From positions 704,001 to 768,000 of the forward strand of contig CAXXUK010000001.1 in NCBI GenBank assembly GCA_963665125.2: a stretch of 64,000 nucleotides of DNA, given 5' to 3'. Both the position numbers and the translations under genes were made by a program. The notes under the pieces were generated by a model. It saw only the letters and a list, made by a program, of their open reading frames with translations. It had not been told where the DNA came from and ran no database searches. Shown here piece after piece: positions 47,857 through 58,515 of the stretch. Numbering within the stretch: the stretch's first letter is position 1; every line of letters starts with the position of its first letter. The DNA comes from an uncultured Desulfarculus sp. GTDB taxonomy: Bacteria; Desulfobacterota; Desulfarculia; Desulfarculales; Desulfarculaceae.

Positions 47857-50037
47857 CTAGCGCCTCTTGTCCTGGCCCTTTTTTACGCCCAGACGGCGGA
47901 CCGAATACACGCCCTTGATTTTTTTGATGTCACCGAATACGTGGTGCAGTTGGCCGGTGTCGTGGACCTGGATCAGGAAGTTGGCCAGTCCCCGCTGTTT
48001 TTCGGGCTGGGCCTTTACTTCGGCCTCCAGGATGTTGACGTTGCGTTGTTTGAGGACCTGGGCCACATCGGCCAGGATGCCGGCCCGGTCGATGCTCTCG
48101 ACGGTGATGCGCACCGGGCGGACCTGGTCTTCGGCCACTTCCCATTCCACGTCGACACGGCGTTCGGGGTCCACCTCGTCCAAATGCGGGCAGTCGGCCC
48201 TGTGCACGGTGACGCCCCGGCCCCGGGTGATGAACCCCACAATGGGGTCGCCGGGCAGGGGATTGCAGCATCCGGCAAAGCGGATCATGATGTCGTCTAC
48301 GCCTCTGACCGTGATGCCGTCGTGGGCCCTTTTGCGAAGCCTGCCGATGGAGCGCTCTATGAAGCCGGGTTTTTTGATGTCCTCGTCTTCCCTGGGCGCC
48401 ACCCGGTTGGCGACCTGTTTGGCCGACAGCTTGCCGTAGGCCACGGAGGCCAACAGGGAGTCCGTTTCCGTAAACGAGTATTCCTCGGCTATTTTCTTCA
48501 GACGGCCGTCTTTGAGCGATGCATTGTAGGTCGTGCCGCGTTTGCGCAGTTCGCGCTCCAGCAGATCCCGGCCAAGAGCCACGGCCCGGTCGCGTTCCTC
48601 CTTGCGGATATAGGCCCTTATCTTGGAGCGGGCCCGGTTGGTTTGTACAAAGGACAGCCAGTCCTTGCTGGGATGGTGTTTGGGGTTGGTGGTCACCGAG
48701 ACCTGGTCGCCGGTCTTTAGCTCGGTGCGCAGGCTGACCATGCGGCCGTTGACCTTGGCGCCCACGCATTGGTCGCCCACCTCGGTGTGGATGGAATAGG
48801 CGAAGTCAACCGGCGTGGCCCCCTTGGGCAATTCCTTTACCTCGCCGGTGGGCGTGAACACGAAGATCTCTTCCGGGTAGAGGTCCATGCGCAGCGATTG
48901 CATGAACTCCCGGGGTTCGTCGACATCCTGTTCCTGCTGCCACTCCAGCAGCCGCCGCAACCAGGCGAAACGGCGCTCCTCGGCCGCGTCGCCGCCGCCT
49001 TGTTCCTTGTAGCGCCAGTGGGCCGCGATGCCTTCCTCGGCGATGCGGTGCATCTCCTCGGTGCGGATCTGCACCTCCATGCGCTGGCCAGCCGGCCCCA
49101 GCACCGCGGTGTGCAGCGACTGGTACATGTTGGCCTTGGGCATGCCGATGTAGTCGCGCACCCGGCCGGGCACGGGTTTCCACACCGAGTGGATCACCCC
49201 CAGGGCCCCGTAGCAGTCCTTGAGGGATTCCACTATGACCCGGAAGGCCAGGATGTCGTAGAGTTCGGTGATGTCGAGGTTGCGGCGCTGCAATTTGTTG
49301 TAGATGCTGGCCAGGTGCTTGGGCCTGCCGCTGACCCGGCACTTGATGCCGTTGTCGGCCATCATCTTTTCCAGCTTGCCGGTTACATCGCTGATGAATA
49401 CGGTCTGCTGGTTTTGGTTTTGGGCCACATCGTCCTTGATCCGTTGGTATATCTCCGGCTCAAGGTAGAAAAGGGCCAGGTCCTCCAATTCGGCCTGCCA
49501 GCGGCGCACGCCCAAACGGTGGGCCATGGGGGCGTAGATGTCCCTGGTCTCCTGGGCGATGCGCTGCTGCTTCGCCGGTTTTAGATAGCCCAGGGTGCGC
49601 ATGTTGTGCAGCCGGTCGGCCAATTTTATGAGCAGCACCCGGATGTCGCTGGCCATGGCCAGGATCATCTTGCGCAGGCTCTGGGCCTGGCGGGCCGCGC
49701 CGGAATCCGTGCGGGCGTTGAGCAGGGTGATCTTGGTGACGCCGTCGACCAGGGCCGCCACTTCCGGGCCCAACAGGGCCTCGATGTCCTCCAGGGTGGT
49801 CTGGGTGTCCTCGACGGTGTCGTGCAGCAGGCCCGCGCAGATGCTGGCCACGTCCAACTGCATTTCGGCCATCAGTGCGGCCACGGCCAGGGGGTGGCTG
49901 AGGTAGGGCTCGCCGGAACTGCGCACCTGTCCGGAGTGGACCCTAGCCGAATAGACATAGGCCTTCATGATGGCCTTGGTGTCCGCGCTGGGGTGGTAGC
50001 CGACAACAGTGTCGATTATTTCGTTGATGCGGATCAT
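47857..50037 (-). CDS. relA: Bifunctional (p)ppGpp synthetase/hydrolase (long RSH)
   Basis: Intact HD domain (SGEPY..HP..LHDTVED), synthetase (RPKH..YQSLHT..EVQIRT), TGS, ZFD (CCNPLPGD) and ACT domains. Confidence 0.95.
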   Translation of the reverse strand: MIRINEIIDTVVGYHPSADTKAIMKAYVYSARVHSGQVRSSGEPYLSHPLAVAALMAEMQLDVASICAGLLHDTVEDTQTTLEDIEALLGPEVAALVDGVTKITLLNARTDSGAARQAQSLRKMILAMASDIRVLLIKLADRLHNMRTLGYLKPAKQQRIAQETRDIYAPMAHRLGVRRWQAELEDLALFYLEPEIYQRIKDDVAQNQNQQTVFISDVTGKLEKMMADNGIKCRVSGRPKHLASIYNKLQRRNLDITELYDILAFRVIVESLKDCYGALGVIHSVWKPVPGRVRDYIGMPKANMYQSLHTAVLGPAGQRMEVQIRTEEMHRIAEEGIAAHWRYKEQGGGDAAEERRFAWLRRLLEWQQEQDVDEPREFMQSLRMDLYPEEIFVFTPTGEVKELPKGATPVDFAYSIHTEVGDQCVGAKVNGRMVSLRTELKTGDQVSVTTNPKHHPSKDWLSFVQTNRARSKIRAYIRKEERDRAVALGRDLLERELRKRGTTYNASLKDGRLKKIAEEYSFTETDSLLASVAYGKLSAKQVANRVAPREDEDIKKPGFIERSIGRLRKRAHDGITVRGVDDIMIRFAGCCNPLPGDPIVGFITRGRGVTVHRADCPHLDEVDPERRVDVEWEVAEDQVRPVRITVESIDRAGILADVAQVLKQRNVNILEAEVKAQPEKQRGLANFLIQVHDTGQLHHVFGDIKKIKGVYSVRRLGVKKGQDKRR

Positions 50038-50078
50038 GTCAAAATTGCCCGCGTTTCAGGCGGACACGCAACTCCAGC

Positions 50079-50561
50079 TTATTGCCACTTGTAAAATCTA
50101 CACCGCCGGGCCGACCAGCCGTCCAGACCATCTTTTTCTATGATACACACATTTTGCTTGGGATAGGTGCCGCTGATTGGCTCGAGGAAGTCGGCTTTGG
50201 CGCATTTGTTGAAATCGCCGCATTGCCAGCAGCCTTCCAAGCCGCGCTGCAGGCAGCAGTCCTTGACCGGGCAATTGTCGGAGCAGCCGTCGCCGCCCAG
50301 GCGGCAGGGGCTGTCGCATCGGCCGTCGACCAAGGCCTCCAACAGAGCCAAGGCCTGGTCATAGCCCGCATAGGCCTCGACGCCTTTGATCCGGGCCGGA
50401 TCGCCTCCGGCCTTGGCAGCGGCATAGACCCCATAACCTTCCTGATCCAGGGCCTTCAGTAATTTTTCGGCCAGGGAGGCCGCCTGGCTCTGAAAGCGGA
50501 TGCAGTCTTCGCAATACAGCCCGCAAAAGGCGGTTAGGTCCTTTTCGCTGAAATCAGCCAT
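50079..50561 (-). CDS. Cys-rich DUF3795-like protein
   Basis: AFCGLYCEDC..C.SPCR..CPVKDCC..CWQC..C. Confidence 0.78.
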   Translation of the reverse strand: MADFSEKDLTAFCGLYCEDCIRFQSQAASLAEKLLKALDQEGYGVYAAAKAGGDPARIKGVEAYAGYDQALALLEALVDGRCDSPCRLGGDGCSDNCPVKDCCLQRGLEGCWQCGDFNKCAKADFLEPISGTYPKQNVCIIEKDGLDGWSARRCRFYKWQ

Positions 50562-50568
50562 CAAGGCC

Positions 50569-52284
50569 TCACAGGCACTGGCCGCCGCCCTGGGCCACCA
50601 TTTCGGCCAGAATAGCGGCCGCCTTTTCAACCGGGATCATGGTCATCTCGCCGCTGCGGCGGTCCTTGAGTTCCAGTTCGCCGTTGGCCAGGCCCTTGGG
50701 ACCGGCCACCACCCGCAGGGGAACGCCCAGCAGGTCCGAGTCCTTGAACTTGACGCCGGCCCGGATGTCGCGGTCGTCCAGCAGGCAGTCGATGCCCCTG
50801 GCCCACAACTCGTCGTGGAGTCTCTGGGCTGCTTCCAGGGCCTCGCCCTCGGGCTTGATGGGCATCACGCACACCGACACCGGGGCGATGGGCAGGGGGA
50901 AGATGATGCCCGACTCGTCGTTGCCCTGCTCGATGGCCGCGGCCACGATGCGGCTGACGCCGATGCCGTAGCAGCCCATGACGATTGTCTTTTCCTCGCC
51001 GTCGGCGTCGAGGTATTTGGCACCCAAGGCCTTGGAGTACTTGGTGCCCAGACGGAAGATGTGGCCCACCTCGATGCCCCTGGCGAATGTCGGCTCCTGG
51101 CCGCAGCCGGGGCAGGTGTCGCCGGGCGCCATGTTGCGCAGGTCCATGATTTTGGCCTGGGCTGCGTCCCGGCTCAGGCAGAAGCCGGTGTAGTGGGCGT
51201 CGGCCTTGTTGGCCCCCACCACCAGCCAGCCGTTTTGGGCCACTTCGTAGTCGGCGTAGATGGGGATATTCAGGCCCACCGGACCACTGAAGCCCACCGG
51301 GCCGCCCGTGGCCTCGGGGATTTTGGCCGGTCCGGCCAGTTCCAGCATGTCGGCGTCCAGGGCGTTTTTCAGCTTTACCTCGTTGACCTCGCGGTCGCCC
51401 CGGACCATCACGGCCACGAACTCGCCGTCGGCCACGTAGATCATGGTCTTGGCCACGCTCTTGGGCTTGGTCTTGAGGAACTTGGCCACTTCCTCCACGG
51501 TGTGGGCGCCGGGGGTGGCCACTTCGGCCAGCTCGGCCTTGGGCTCGGCGGGCGGCGTTTCCGGGGCCTTGACCGGGGCCTTTTCCACGTTGGCCGAATA
51601 ACCGCAGGCCGGACAGGAGACTATGGCGTCTTCGCCGGTCTCGGCCAGGACCATGAATTCGTGGCTGAACGAACCGCCGATGGAGCCGCTGTCGGCCTCC
51701 ACCACGCCGTATTTCAGGCCCAGCTTGTCAAAGATGTTGGTGTAGGCCTGGCGCATGATTTGATAGGAGGCCGCCGAGGCCTCGTCGTCCACGTCAAAGG
51801 AATAGGCGTCCTTCATCAGGAATTCCCGGGCGCGCATAACGCCGAAACGGGGCCGGATCTCGTCGCGGAATTTGGTCTGAATCTGGTACAGGTTCAGCGG
51901 CATGTCGCGGTAGGACTGGATCTCCCGGCGCACCAGGTCGGTGATGACCTCCTCGTGGGTGGGGGCCAGGCAATAGCCGTTGTCGTGACGGTCCACGAAG
52001 CGCAGCAGCTCCTTGCCGTAGAGTTCCCAGCGGCCCGATTCCTGCCAAAGTTCGGCTGGCTGCACGCCGGGCATCAACAGCTCCTGAGCCCCGGCGGCGT
52101 TCATTTCCCGGCGCACGATGGCCTCGACCTTGCGCAGCACCCGCAGGCCCATGGGCATCCAGGTGTATATGCCGCCGCTGAGCTTGCGGATCAGGCCGGC
52201 CCGCAGCATCAACTGGTGGCTGATGACCTCGGCGTCGCTGGGTATTTCCTTGAGGGTGGGGATAAGACTTTGGCTGAACTTCAT
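50569..52284 (-). CDS. proS: Prolyl-tRNA synthetase (bacterial type with editing insertion)
   Basis: [47 protein letters not shown]. Confidence 0.97.
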   Translation of the reverse strand: MKFSQSLIPTLKEIPSDAEVISHQLMLRAGLIRKLSGGIYTWMPMGLRVLRKVEAIVRREMNAAGAQELLMPGVQPAELWQESGRWELYGKELLRFVDRHDNGYCLAPTHEEVITDLVRREIQSYRDMPLNLYQIQTKFRDEIRPRFGVMRAREFLMKDAYSFDVDDEASAASYQIMRQAYTNIFDKLGLKYGVVEADSGSIGGSFSHEFMVLAETGEDAIVSCPACGYSANVEKAPVKAPETPPAEPKAELAEVATPGAHTVEEVAKFLKTKPKSVAKTMIYVADGEFVAVMVRGDREVNEVKLKNALDADMLELAGPAKIPEATGGPVGFSGPVGLNIPIYADYEVAQNGWLVVGANKADAHYTGFCLSRDAAQAKIMDLRNMAPGDTCPGCGQEPTFARGIEVGHIFRLGTKYSKALGAKYLDADGEEKTIVMGCYGIGVSRIVAAAIEQGNDESGIIFPLPIAPVSVCVMPIKPEGEALEAAQRLHDELWARGIDCLLDDRDIRAGVKFKDSDLLGVPLRVVAGPKGLANGELELKDRRSGEMTMIPVEKAAAILAEMVAQGGGQCL

Positions 52285-52297
52285 GATTAACCTGCCG

Positions 52298-53380
52298 CTA
52301 TTTATCGGATTGCTTGTATTTTTTTTGCGCCAGCCGCACCTGCTTCATTAACTCGTCCAGCAGGTCGGCCTCGGGTACTTTCCTGATAACCTCGCCATGG
52401 GCGAACACAATGCCCTGGCCCTGGCCGCCGGCAATGCCCACGTCTGCGTGTTTGGCCTCGTCCGGTCCGTTGACAACGCAGCCCATGATGGCCACGGTCA
52501 GGGGTTCGGGCACCGAGGCCAACTCCCGCTCGGCCGCTTCCAAAAGGCTGAAAAGGTCGATTTCGGTGCGGCCGCAGGTGGGGCAGGAGATGATCTCCAC
52601 GCCGCGCCTGTCAATACCGCAGGCGGCCAGCATATGCCAGGCCACCTCCACTTCGCGCACCGGGTCTGCTGTCAGGGATACTCGGAACGTGTCGCCGATG
52701 CCCTCCAGGAGCAGCGCGCCGATGCCGACCGAGGATTTTACCGTACCGGCCAGCAGGCCGCCCGCCTCGGTGACGCCCAAATGCAGGGGGTGGTCGGCCT
52801 GGGCGGCGTAGAGCCTGTAGGCGGCGATGGTGTCCAAAACGCTTGATGATTTCAGGCTGACCTTGATGGCAGTCATGCCGCGGTCTTCGAGCATTTTCAC
52901 ATGCCGCAGGGCCGACTCCACCAGGGCCTCGGGGCAGGGGCCGCCGTGCTTTTGGGCGATGTCCTTGGGCAGCGAGCCGCTGTTGGCCCCCACCCGGATG
53001 CAAACGCCGTGGGCCTTTGCCGCCGCGACGACCCGGTCCACGGCGGCCTCATCGCCGATGTTGCCGGGGTTGATGCGCATGGCCGCCGCGCCGTTTTCCA
53101 CGGCCGCCACGGCCAGCCGGGCGTCGAAATGGATGTCGGCGATGACCGGCAAGGGGCTTTGGCCGCAGATCTGCTTGAAAGCCTGGGCGGCTTCCATGTC
53201 CGGCACGGCGCAGCGCACGATGTGGCAGCCCGCCTGGGCCAGGCGGTTTATCTGGGCCAGGGTGGCTTCGGCGTCCCGGGTGTCGGTATTGGTCATGGAC
53301 TGCACGGCCACCGGCGCTTTACCGCCAAGGGGCACCGCGCCCACGTTGATGCGCCTGGTTGTCTGCCTGGTGTAAGACAA
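52298..53380 (-). CDS. ispG: HMBPP synthase IspG (GcpE)
   Basis: [41 protein letters not shown]. Confidence 0.97.
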   Translation of the reverse strand: MSYTRQTTRRINVGAVPLGGKAPVAVQSMTNTDTRDAEATLAQINRLAQAGCHIVRCAVPDMEAAQAFKQICGQSPLPVIADIHFDARLAVAAVENGAAAMRINPGNIGDEAAVDRVVAAAKAHGVCIRVGANSGSLPKDIAQKHGGPCPEALVESALRHVKMLEDRGMTAIKVSLKSSSVLDTIAAYRLYAAQADHPLHLGVTEAGGLLAGTVKSSVGIGALLLEGIGDTFRVSLTADPVREVEVAWHMLAACGIDRRGVEIISCPTCGRTEIDLFSLLEAAERELASVPEPLTVAIMGCVVNGPDEAKHADVGIAGGQGQGIVFAHGEVIRKVPEADLLDELMKQVRLAQKKYKQSDK

Positions 53381-53389
53381 GCTGGCCCC

Positions 53390-53956
53390 CTAGATCAAAC
53401 CGCCGTCGGTGAACAGCACCTTGATGCCTTCAAAGGAAATATTGATCACCTTGTCGGCCACGGCCGAGTGATCCGAATCGGAATAAAACAAGGTCACGAT
53501 CTGCTTGATCAACACGCCGATGGGCGTATGCTCCGGGCCTTTTTCAATGGCCGCCAGGGTCTTGCCCTCAAAGACGGCCAGGGGGTCGTAGTTGCCCGAA
53601 GTCAAGTCCCGCATTTCCTCGGGAGTGGTCATCCGCTCCAGGGGCGTCAGTATCTTGTCCGCCGATTGCCGGGCTCCCCGGCCGGCCATAAAGGACAGGC
53701 CCTGGGCCACGCCATCCCAGTATTCCGCGCCGGCCTGCCTGTTGAGGCGGCATTTGTCAATGGCGCAGAACACCAGGCCGTATTGAAACACCCCGGCCAG
53801 ACCCTGGCGGTCCAGTTCCGGGTTGTTCAAGGGAGAACCGGTCATGGGCAGGCTGTCGGCCAGGCCCGCGGCCAAGACCTCGGACAGCCGCACGGCCAGG
53901 TCATAGACGGCCGTGGCATGCTCGGCGGCTTTTGTTTGAACTTCTTGTTGCTGCAT
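53390..53956 (-). CDS. Hypothetical protein
   Basis: 188-aa ORF tightly packed between DUF523 and ispG; no motif recognised. Confidence 0.65.
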   Translation of the reverse strand: MQQQEVQTKAAEHATAVYDLAVRLSEVLAAGLADSLPMTGSPLNNPELDRQGLAGVFQYGLVFCAIDKCRLNRQAGAEYWDGVAQGLSFMAGRGARQSADKILTPLERMTTPEEMRDLTSGNYDPLAVFEGKTLAAIEKGPEHTPIGVLIKQIVTLFYSDSDHSAVADKVINISFEGIKVLFTDGGLI

Positions 53957-53964
53957 GTCTATTC

Positions 53965-54423
53965 TCAGTCGTCGCGGGCTGCGGCCCGCACTTCAATAAT
54001 TTCAACCCCGTGCTCCAATAACAGCGCGGTGAACACCCCTTGGCCCGGCCCGCCCTGGGGGTTGACGCCTTTTGGGTCGTATCCGCAGGAAGGCGAACGG
54101 TCTTTGAGATAGGCCAGCTTAACACCTGCCTCGAGCGCTTGCTTCAAGGCTTTTCCGGAACCCTTTATAAAGGCCCGGCTGACGTCTTGGCCCAGGCTGT
54201 TGACGAGTCTGGCCCGCCCTGTCAGGACATCGGAGCCTTCGCGGCCCCATGACACGCCTTCAAAGCGCGCCGGAGGACGCGGCACACCCAGGCCGCCCAA
54301 CATCTCCGGGCACACGGGCAAAACCTGCCGGTCCTCGATAAGTTTCAATAGGTCGTCGGCTTTGCTGTGACGGCCGTCGTAGCGCGTGCGATGGCCCAGA
54401 AGGCAGGCCGATACCAGGATCAA
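53965..54423 (-). CDS. DUF523 / 2-thiouracil desulfurase family protein
   Basis: ILVSACLLG..RYDG, VCPE..GGLGVPR, LK..SPSCG, G.GVF. Confidence 0.9.
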   Translation of the reverse strand: MILVSACLLGHRTRYDGRHSKADDLLKLIEDRQVLPVCPEMLGGLGVPRPPARFEGVSWGREGSDVLTGRARLVNSLGQDVSRAFIKGSGKALKQALEAGVKLAYLKDRSPSCGYDPKGVNPQGGPGQGVFTALLLEHGVEIIEVRAAARDD

Positions 54424-55466
54424 TCCACAAACTCCACCGGCTCCTGGCCTTCGGCCCGTGTCTCCACCTGGCCGATAATAAATGCCGGTTGGTCCAGTGC
54501 CCCAAGGCGATCCACCACCTCTTCGGCCTGGTCGGCGGGAGTGAAAATGACCATGCCCACGCCGGAGTTGAATGTGCGCATCATCTCCCTCTGGTCAAGC
54601 TTTCCAGCCTTTTGGAGGAAATGGAATATGGGCTGCATGTCCCAGGAACTCGTATTGATCACCGCCCGCAGGGATTCCGGCATGACCCTGGGCACGTTTT
54701 CCAACAAACCGCCGCCGGTGATGTTGGCTACGCCCTGCAGGGTAAAGTCCCGGTTGATATGGGCCACGGTTTCGGCGTAGATGCGGGTTGGGGTCAGCAG
54801 CTCTTCGCCCACGCTCAGGGGAAGGTCGTCGATCTTGTCGGCAATGCCCAGGCCCATTTCCTCGAAGATAATGCGCCGCACCAGGGAAAAGCCGTTGCTG
54901 TGCAGGCCGCTGCTGGCCAGGCCGACCATGGCGCTGTTTTTGTTGATGGACGATCCGTCGATGATGGCGTCGCGGTCCACCACGCCAACGCCGAAACCGG
55001 CCAGGTCGTACTCGCCGTCCGGGTAAAAACCGGGCATTTCGGCCGTCTCGCCGCCGATCAGGGCGCAACCGGCCTGGCGGCAACCCTCGACCACACCGGC
55101 TATGATGGCTTCGGCAACGCCCAATTCCAGTTTGCCCGTGGCCAGATAATCCAGCATGAATAATGGCTTGGCGCCCGTGACCACCACGTCGTTGATGACC
55201 ATGGCCACCATGTCGATGCCGATGGTGTCATGCTTGTCCATCATGAAGGCGATCTTGAGCTTGGTGCCCACGCCGTCGGTGGAACTGACCAGGATAGGGC
55301 TCTTGTATTTTTCGGTATTCAGGGAAAACAAGCCCGAAAACCCGCCGATGTCGGTCAGCACCGAGGCCGAGTGGGTGGATTTGACCATTTTGCCGATGCG
55401 GCGGACAAACTCGTTGCCCTTTTCAATATCCACGCCCGCATCGCGGTAGCGGTCGTTTGTACTCAT
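54420..55466 (-). CDS. purM: Phosphoribosylformylglycinamidine cyclo-ligase (AIR synthetase)
   Basis: YRDAGVDI, STDGVGTKL, GGETAEMP, SSGLHSNGFS, RTFNSGVG; ATG 55466 after GGAG. Confidence 0.96.
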   Translation of the reverse strand: MSTNDRYRDAGVDIEKGNEFVRRIGKMVKSTHSASVLTDIGGFSGLFSLNTEKYKSPILVSSTDGVGTKLKIAFMMDKHDTIGIDMVAMVINDVVVTGAKPLFMLDYLATGKLELGVAEAIIAGVVEGCRQAGCALIGGETAEMPGFYPDGEYDLAGFGVGVVDRDAIIDGSSINKNSAMVGLASSGLHSNGFSLVRRIIFEEMGLGIADKIDDLPLSVGEELLTPTRIYAETVAHINRDFTLQGVANITGGGLLENVPRVMPESLRAVINTSSWDMQPIFHFLQKAGKLDQREMMRTFNSGVGMVIFTPADQAEEVVDRLGALDQPAFIIGQVETRAEGQEPVEFVD

Positions 55467-55606
55467 TTTTTGTATCTCCATACAAGGAACCAAGCGGAAG
55501 CAACCTGGGACCGAGTCTATCAGAAAAAAGCGCAATTCAAAAGCCGGGCTTGACATGTTGGTGCCGTAACGGCAGAAATCAATAATCGTAAAAAGAGATC
55601 ATTGAC

Positions 55607-57709
55607 ATGATAGCCCAACAAACACCATTTCCGCTGCCCGCTTTGGCCCGTTCGCTTTCGGCCCTGCCGGGGATAGGCCCCAAAACCGCAGCCAAGCTGG
55701 CCGACAGGGGCCTGCGGACCTGGGGCGATGCGCTGTTTTTTTTGCCGCTGCGCTATGAAGACCGCCGCCATCCCACGGCCATAGCCGATCTGCGGCCTGG
55801 TCTGTTGGCCGTGGTGCGGGGCAGCCTGGCCTCCAGCGGTTCCTGGGGCCGCCGGGGCAACATGTGGCGCATGGAACTGGCCCAGGGCGAAAAAAACCTG
55901 AGCCTTATCTGGTTCCGCTATAAAAAAGGCCAGTTCGATTCCTTTAAAAAGGGCGACGAGGTGGTCGCCGTGGGGGTGGCCGAAAACGCCCGCGGTGTGT
56001 TGCAGATGGCCCACCCCGAGCTATACAAGGCCGACCAGATCGGGCCCGATCATTCCTCGGTGGGCCGCATCGTGCCCGTATATTCCGAGCTGGGCGGCGT
56101 GGCCAGGGGCAAGGTGCGGCGGTTCATGGCCGAACTGGTGGGCCGGGTGTGCCCGGAACTGCCCGACCCCCTCTACGGCCTGCTGCCCGAGGCACTGTAC
56201 CCCATGCCCGTGGGACGGGCCTTTGAGTTGGCCCATCAGCCGCCCAACGAGGCCACGGACCAAGACCTGGACACTGAGCGGGCCCCCTGGCGCATGGTGC
56301 TGGCCCTCAACGAACTGCTTCATTACGAATTGGCCCTGGCCCTGCGGCGCGGCCGATACCAGACCAGCCGGGCAAAGCCCCTTGACCCGCCCGGCGAGAT
56401 GCTGGCCGAATTTGTCGCCCGCCTGCCGTTCCAACTTACCCAGGGCCAGAATCAGGCCGTTTCCGCCGTGTTGGCCGACATGGCCGGGACCCGGCCCATG
56501 GCCCGGTTGCTGGCCGGAGACGTGGGCTCGGGCAAGACCGTGGTGGCCGCCGCCGCCGCCGCGGCAGCAGCCGAGGCCGGGGTGCAGACGGCCCTGATGG
56601 CCCCCACCGAGGTTTTGGCCCGGCAACATTTCAACACCCTGGGCGGTTATCTGGGAGCGTTGGGCATAGATCTGGCCCTGGTCCTGGGCGGGGCCGGGCT
56701 GGACGAAAAAAAACAGGCATCCTGGGCGGCGGCAGGCGGGGCGCGAGTGATGGTGGGCACCCACGCCTTGTTAGCTTCGGGTTTGGAATTCGACGAGTTG
56801 GGCCTGGTGATCATCGACGAACAACAGCGCTTCGGCGTGCATCAGCGCCTGGGCCTGGCCCGCAAAGGGGCCGCGCCGCACATGCTGGTGCTCTCGGCCA
56901 CGCCCATCCCCCGGACCATGGCCCTGGCCCTGGGCGGGCACATGGATATCTCGGGACTGGATCAACTGCCCGGAAACAGGCCCAAGGTGAAGACCGCGGT
57001 GCTCGGCTATGAACAGCGCCGGGAGGCCGTGGAGGCCATGACCCAGAGGCTGGAGGCCAAGGAACAGGTCTATGTGATCTGTCCTCTGGTGGAGGCCTCT
57101 GACAAGATAGAGGCCAACGACGCCGTGCAAACCCACAGGCGCCTGGCCGATTATTTCCCCAAATACAACGTGGCCCTGTTGCACGGCCGCATGGACGGCG
57201 CCCGGCAGCAGGAAGTGCTGGAAGGATTCAGGTCCGGAGAAATAGACATCCTGGTGGCGACCACCGTGGTCGAGGTCGGGGTGGACGTGGCCAACGCCAC
57301 GCTGATGGTGGTCCTGGGGGCCGAGCGATTCGGCCTGAGCCAGTTGCACCAGTTGCGGGGCAGGGTTGGCCGGGGCTCAAAGCCCGGACACTGTTGCCTG
57401 GTTGCCGGGCCCGATCCAGGCGAAACGGGCCAAAAGCGTCTGGAGACCCTGGCCCGCACCAATGACGGCCTGGAGATCGCCGAGGCCGACCTGGCCCTGC
57501 GCGGGCCGGGCCAGACCCTGGGCGACCGCCAGTCGGGCCTGCTGCCGCTGCGCATTTGTTCCTGGCCCGCTGATCTGGAGTTGCTCGAGCCCATACGGGA
57601 TATTCTGGCCGTCTGGCTGGCGCATCCCGGCGACCAGCGCGTCAAACCGGTTGTCGATGAGGCCTTACGCCGCTGGGGCCGGGAAATGGGGCTCATCCGG
57701 GCCGGTTAG
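55607..57709 (+). CDS. recG: ATP-dependent DNA helicase RecG
   Basis: LPGIGPK, P.RYEDR, GDVGSGKT, DEQQRFGV, SATPIPR, QLHQLRGRVGRG, DLALRGPG. Confidence 0.95.
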   Translation: MIAQQTPFPLPALARSLSALPGIGPKTAAKLADRGLRTWGDALFFLPLRYEDRRHPTAIADLRPGLLAVVRGSLASSGSWGRRGNMWRMELAQGEKNLSLIWFRYKKGQFDSFKKGDEVVAVGVAENARGVLQMAHPELYKADQIGPDHSSVGRIVPVYSELGGVARGKVRRFMAELVGRVCPELPDPLYGLLPEALYPMPVGRAFELAHQPPNEATDQDLDTERAPWRMVLALNELLHYELALALRRGRYQTSRAKPLDPPGEMLAEFVARLPFQLTQGQNQAVSAVLADMAGTRPMARLLAGDVGSGKTVVAAAAAAAAAEAGVQTALMAPTEVLARQHFNTLGGYLGALGIDLALVLGGAGLDEKKQASWAAAGGARVMVGTHALLASGLEFDELGLVIIDEQQRFGVHQRLGLARKGAAPHMLVLSATPIPRTMALALGGHMDISGLDQLPGNRPKVKTAVLGYEQRREAVEAMTQRLEAKEQVYVICPLVEASDKIEANDAVQTHRRLADYFPKYNVALLHGRMDGARQQEVLEGFRSGEIDILVATTVVEVGVDVANATLMVVLGAERFGLSQLHQLRGRVGRGSKPGHCCLVAGPDPGETGQKRLETLARTNDGLEIAEADLALRGPGQTLGDRQSGLLPLRICSWPADLELLEPIRDILAVWLAHPGDQRVKPVVDEALRRWGREMGLIRAG

Positions 57710-57783
57710 AACGGCGCTTGCCTCCTGATGGCTTGTTGTGGGAATATTTGACGAAACAGCCAACCGCGCGATTCGGATGGATT

Positions 57784-58515
57784 ATGAAGTTGCGAAAATT
57801 TTTTAAAAATCGTTCCGTATACGATTTGTTGGGCATGCCCCTGATGATCTTTTTCATCGCCATCGGGCTTGCCGAGGCCATAATCTCCAACCGGTCGGTC
57901 ATGCGCGAGGCGTTCGTGCCTTCGTTGGTGTTCGTGATTCTTTATTTGGGCATGGTGTTCGCCATCCCAGATGACAGGCGTCGGCTGCACGCCAGAAGAT
58001 CGCGGTTGATCTTTATCTCCTTTGCCGCGGTTATGGTCATAACCTCGCTGGCCCACTACCTGGGTGGCGGCGATGATGTTTCCTTGTTTTTCGATATGCT
58101 GGCCGGTCTGTATTTCGCGTTTCTAATGCTTTTGCTGGTGCTGTTCACCGTGGCCGATCTCATGCGCTCAAAGACGGTGAACATCAAAATGGTTCTCAGC
58201 GGCTTTTTTGGTTATCTGATGCTGGCCCTGGCCTGGCAAAACATCTACCACGCCCTGCAGCTTGTGGGGATTCAGGTCTATGAAACGCCATTGATGGGCT
58301 CTGGCGCCGATTACACCGACATCTATATCGCCAATTTCTACTTCAGCCTGGTGACCATATCCACCCTGGGATTCGGCGACATGGTGCCGGTGGGCAATCT
58401 GCCCCGCATGGTCGCCGCCTTTGAAGCGGTGGCCGGCCAGTTCTATATCACAGTGCTCATCGGCATTCTGGTAGGCAAGTATCTGCGGGACGATAAGCCC
58501 GCGGACAAGGTCTAA
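57784..58515 (+). CDS. Potassium-channel family (Ion_trans_2) membrane protein
   Basis: Pore helix and filter YFSLVTISTLGFGDMVP followed by EAVAGQFY; several N-terminal TM helices. Confidence 0.85.
   Translation: MKLRKFFKNRSVYDLLGMPLMIFFIAIGLAEAIISNRSVMREAFVPSLVFVILYLGMVFAIPDDRRRLHARRSRLIFISFAAVMVITSLAHYLGGGDDVSLFFDMLAGLYFAFLMLLLVLFTVADLMRSKTVNIKMVLSGFFGYLMLALAWQNIYHALQLVGIQVYETPLMGSGADYTDIYIANFYFSLVTISTLGFGDMVPVGNLPRMVAAFEAVAGQFYITVLIGILVGKYLRDDKPADKV

Noticed and set aside
47524..54112. Long antisense ORFs (47524-48720, 50500-52290, 52901-54112; likewise 60302-61609 and 1166-2254)
   Set aside because: Shadow ORFs opposite well-supported GC-rich genes, with no protein motifs.
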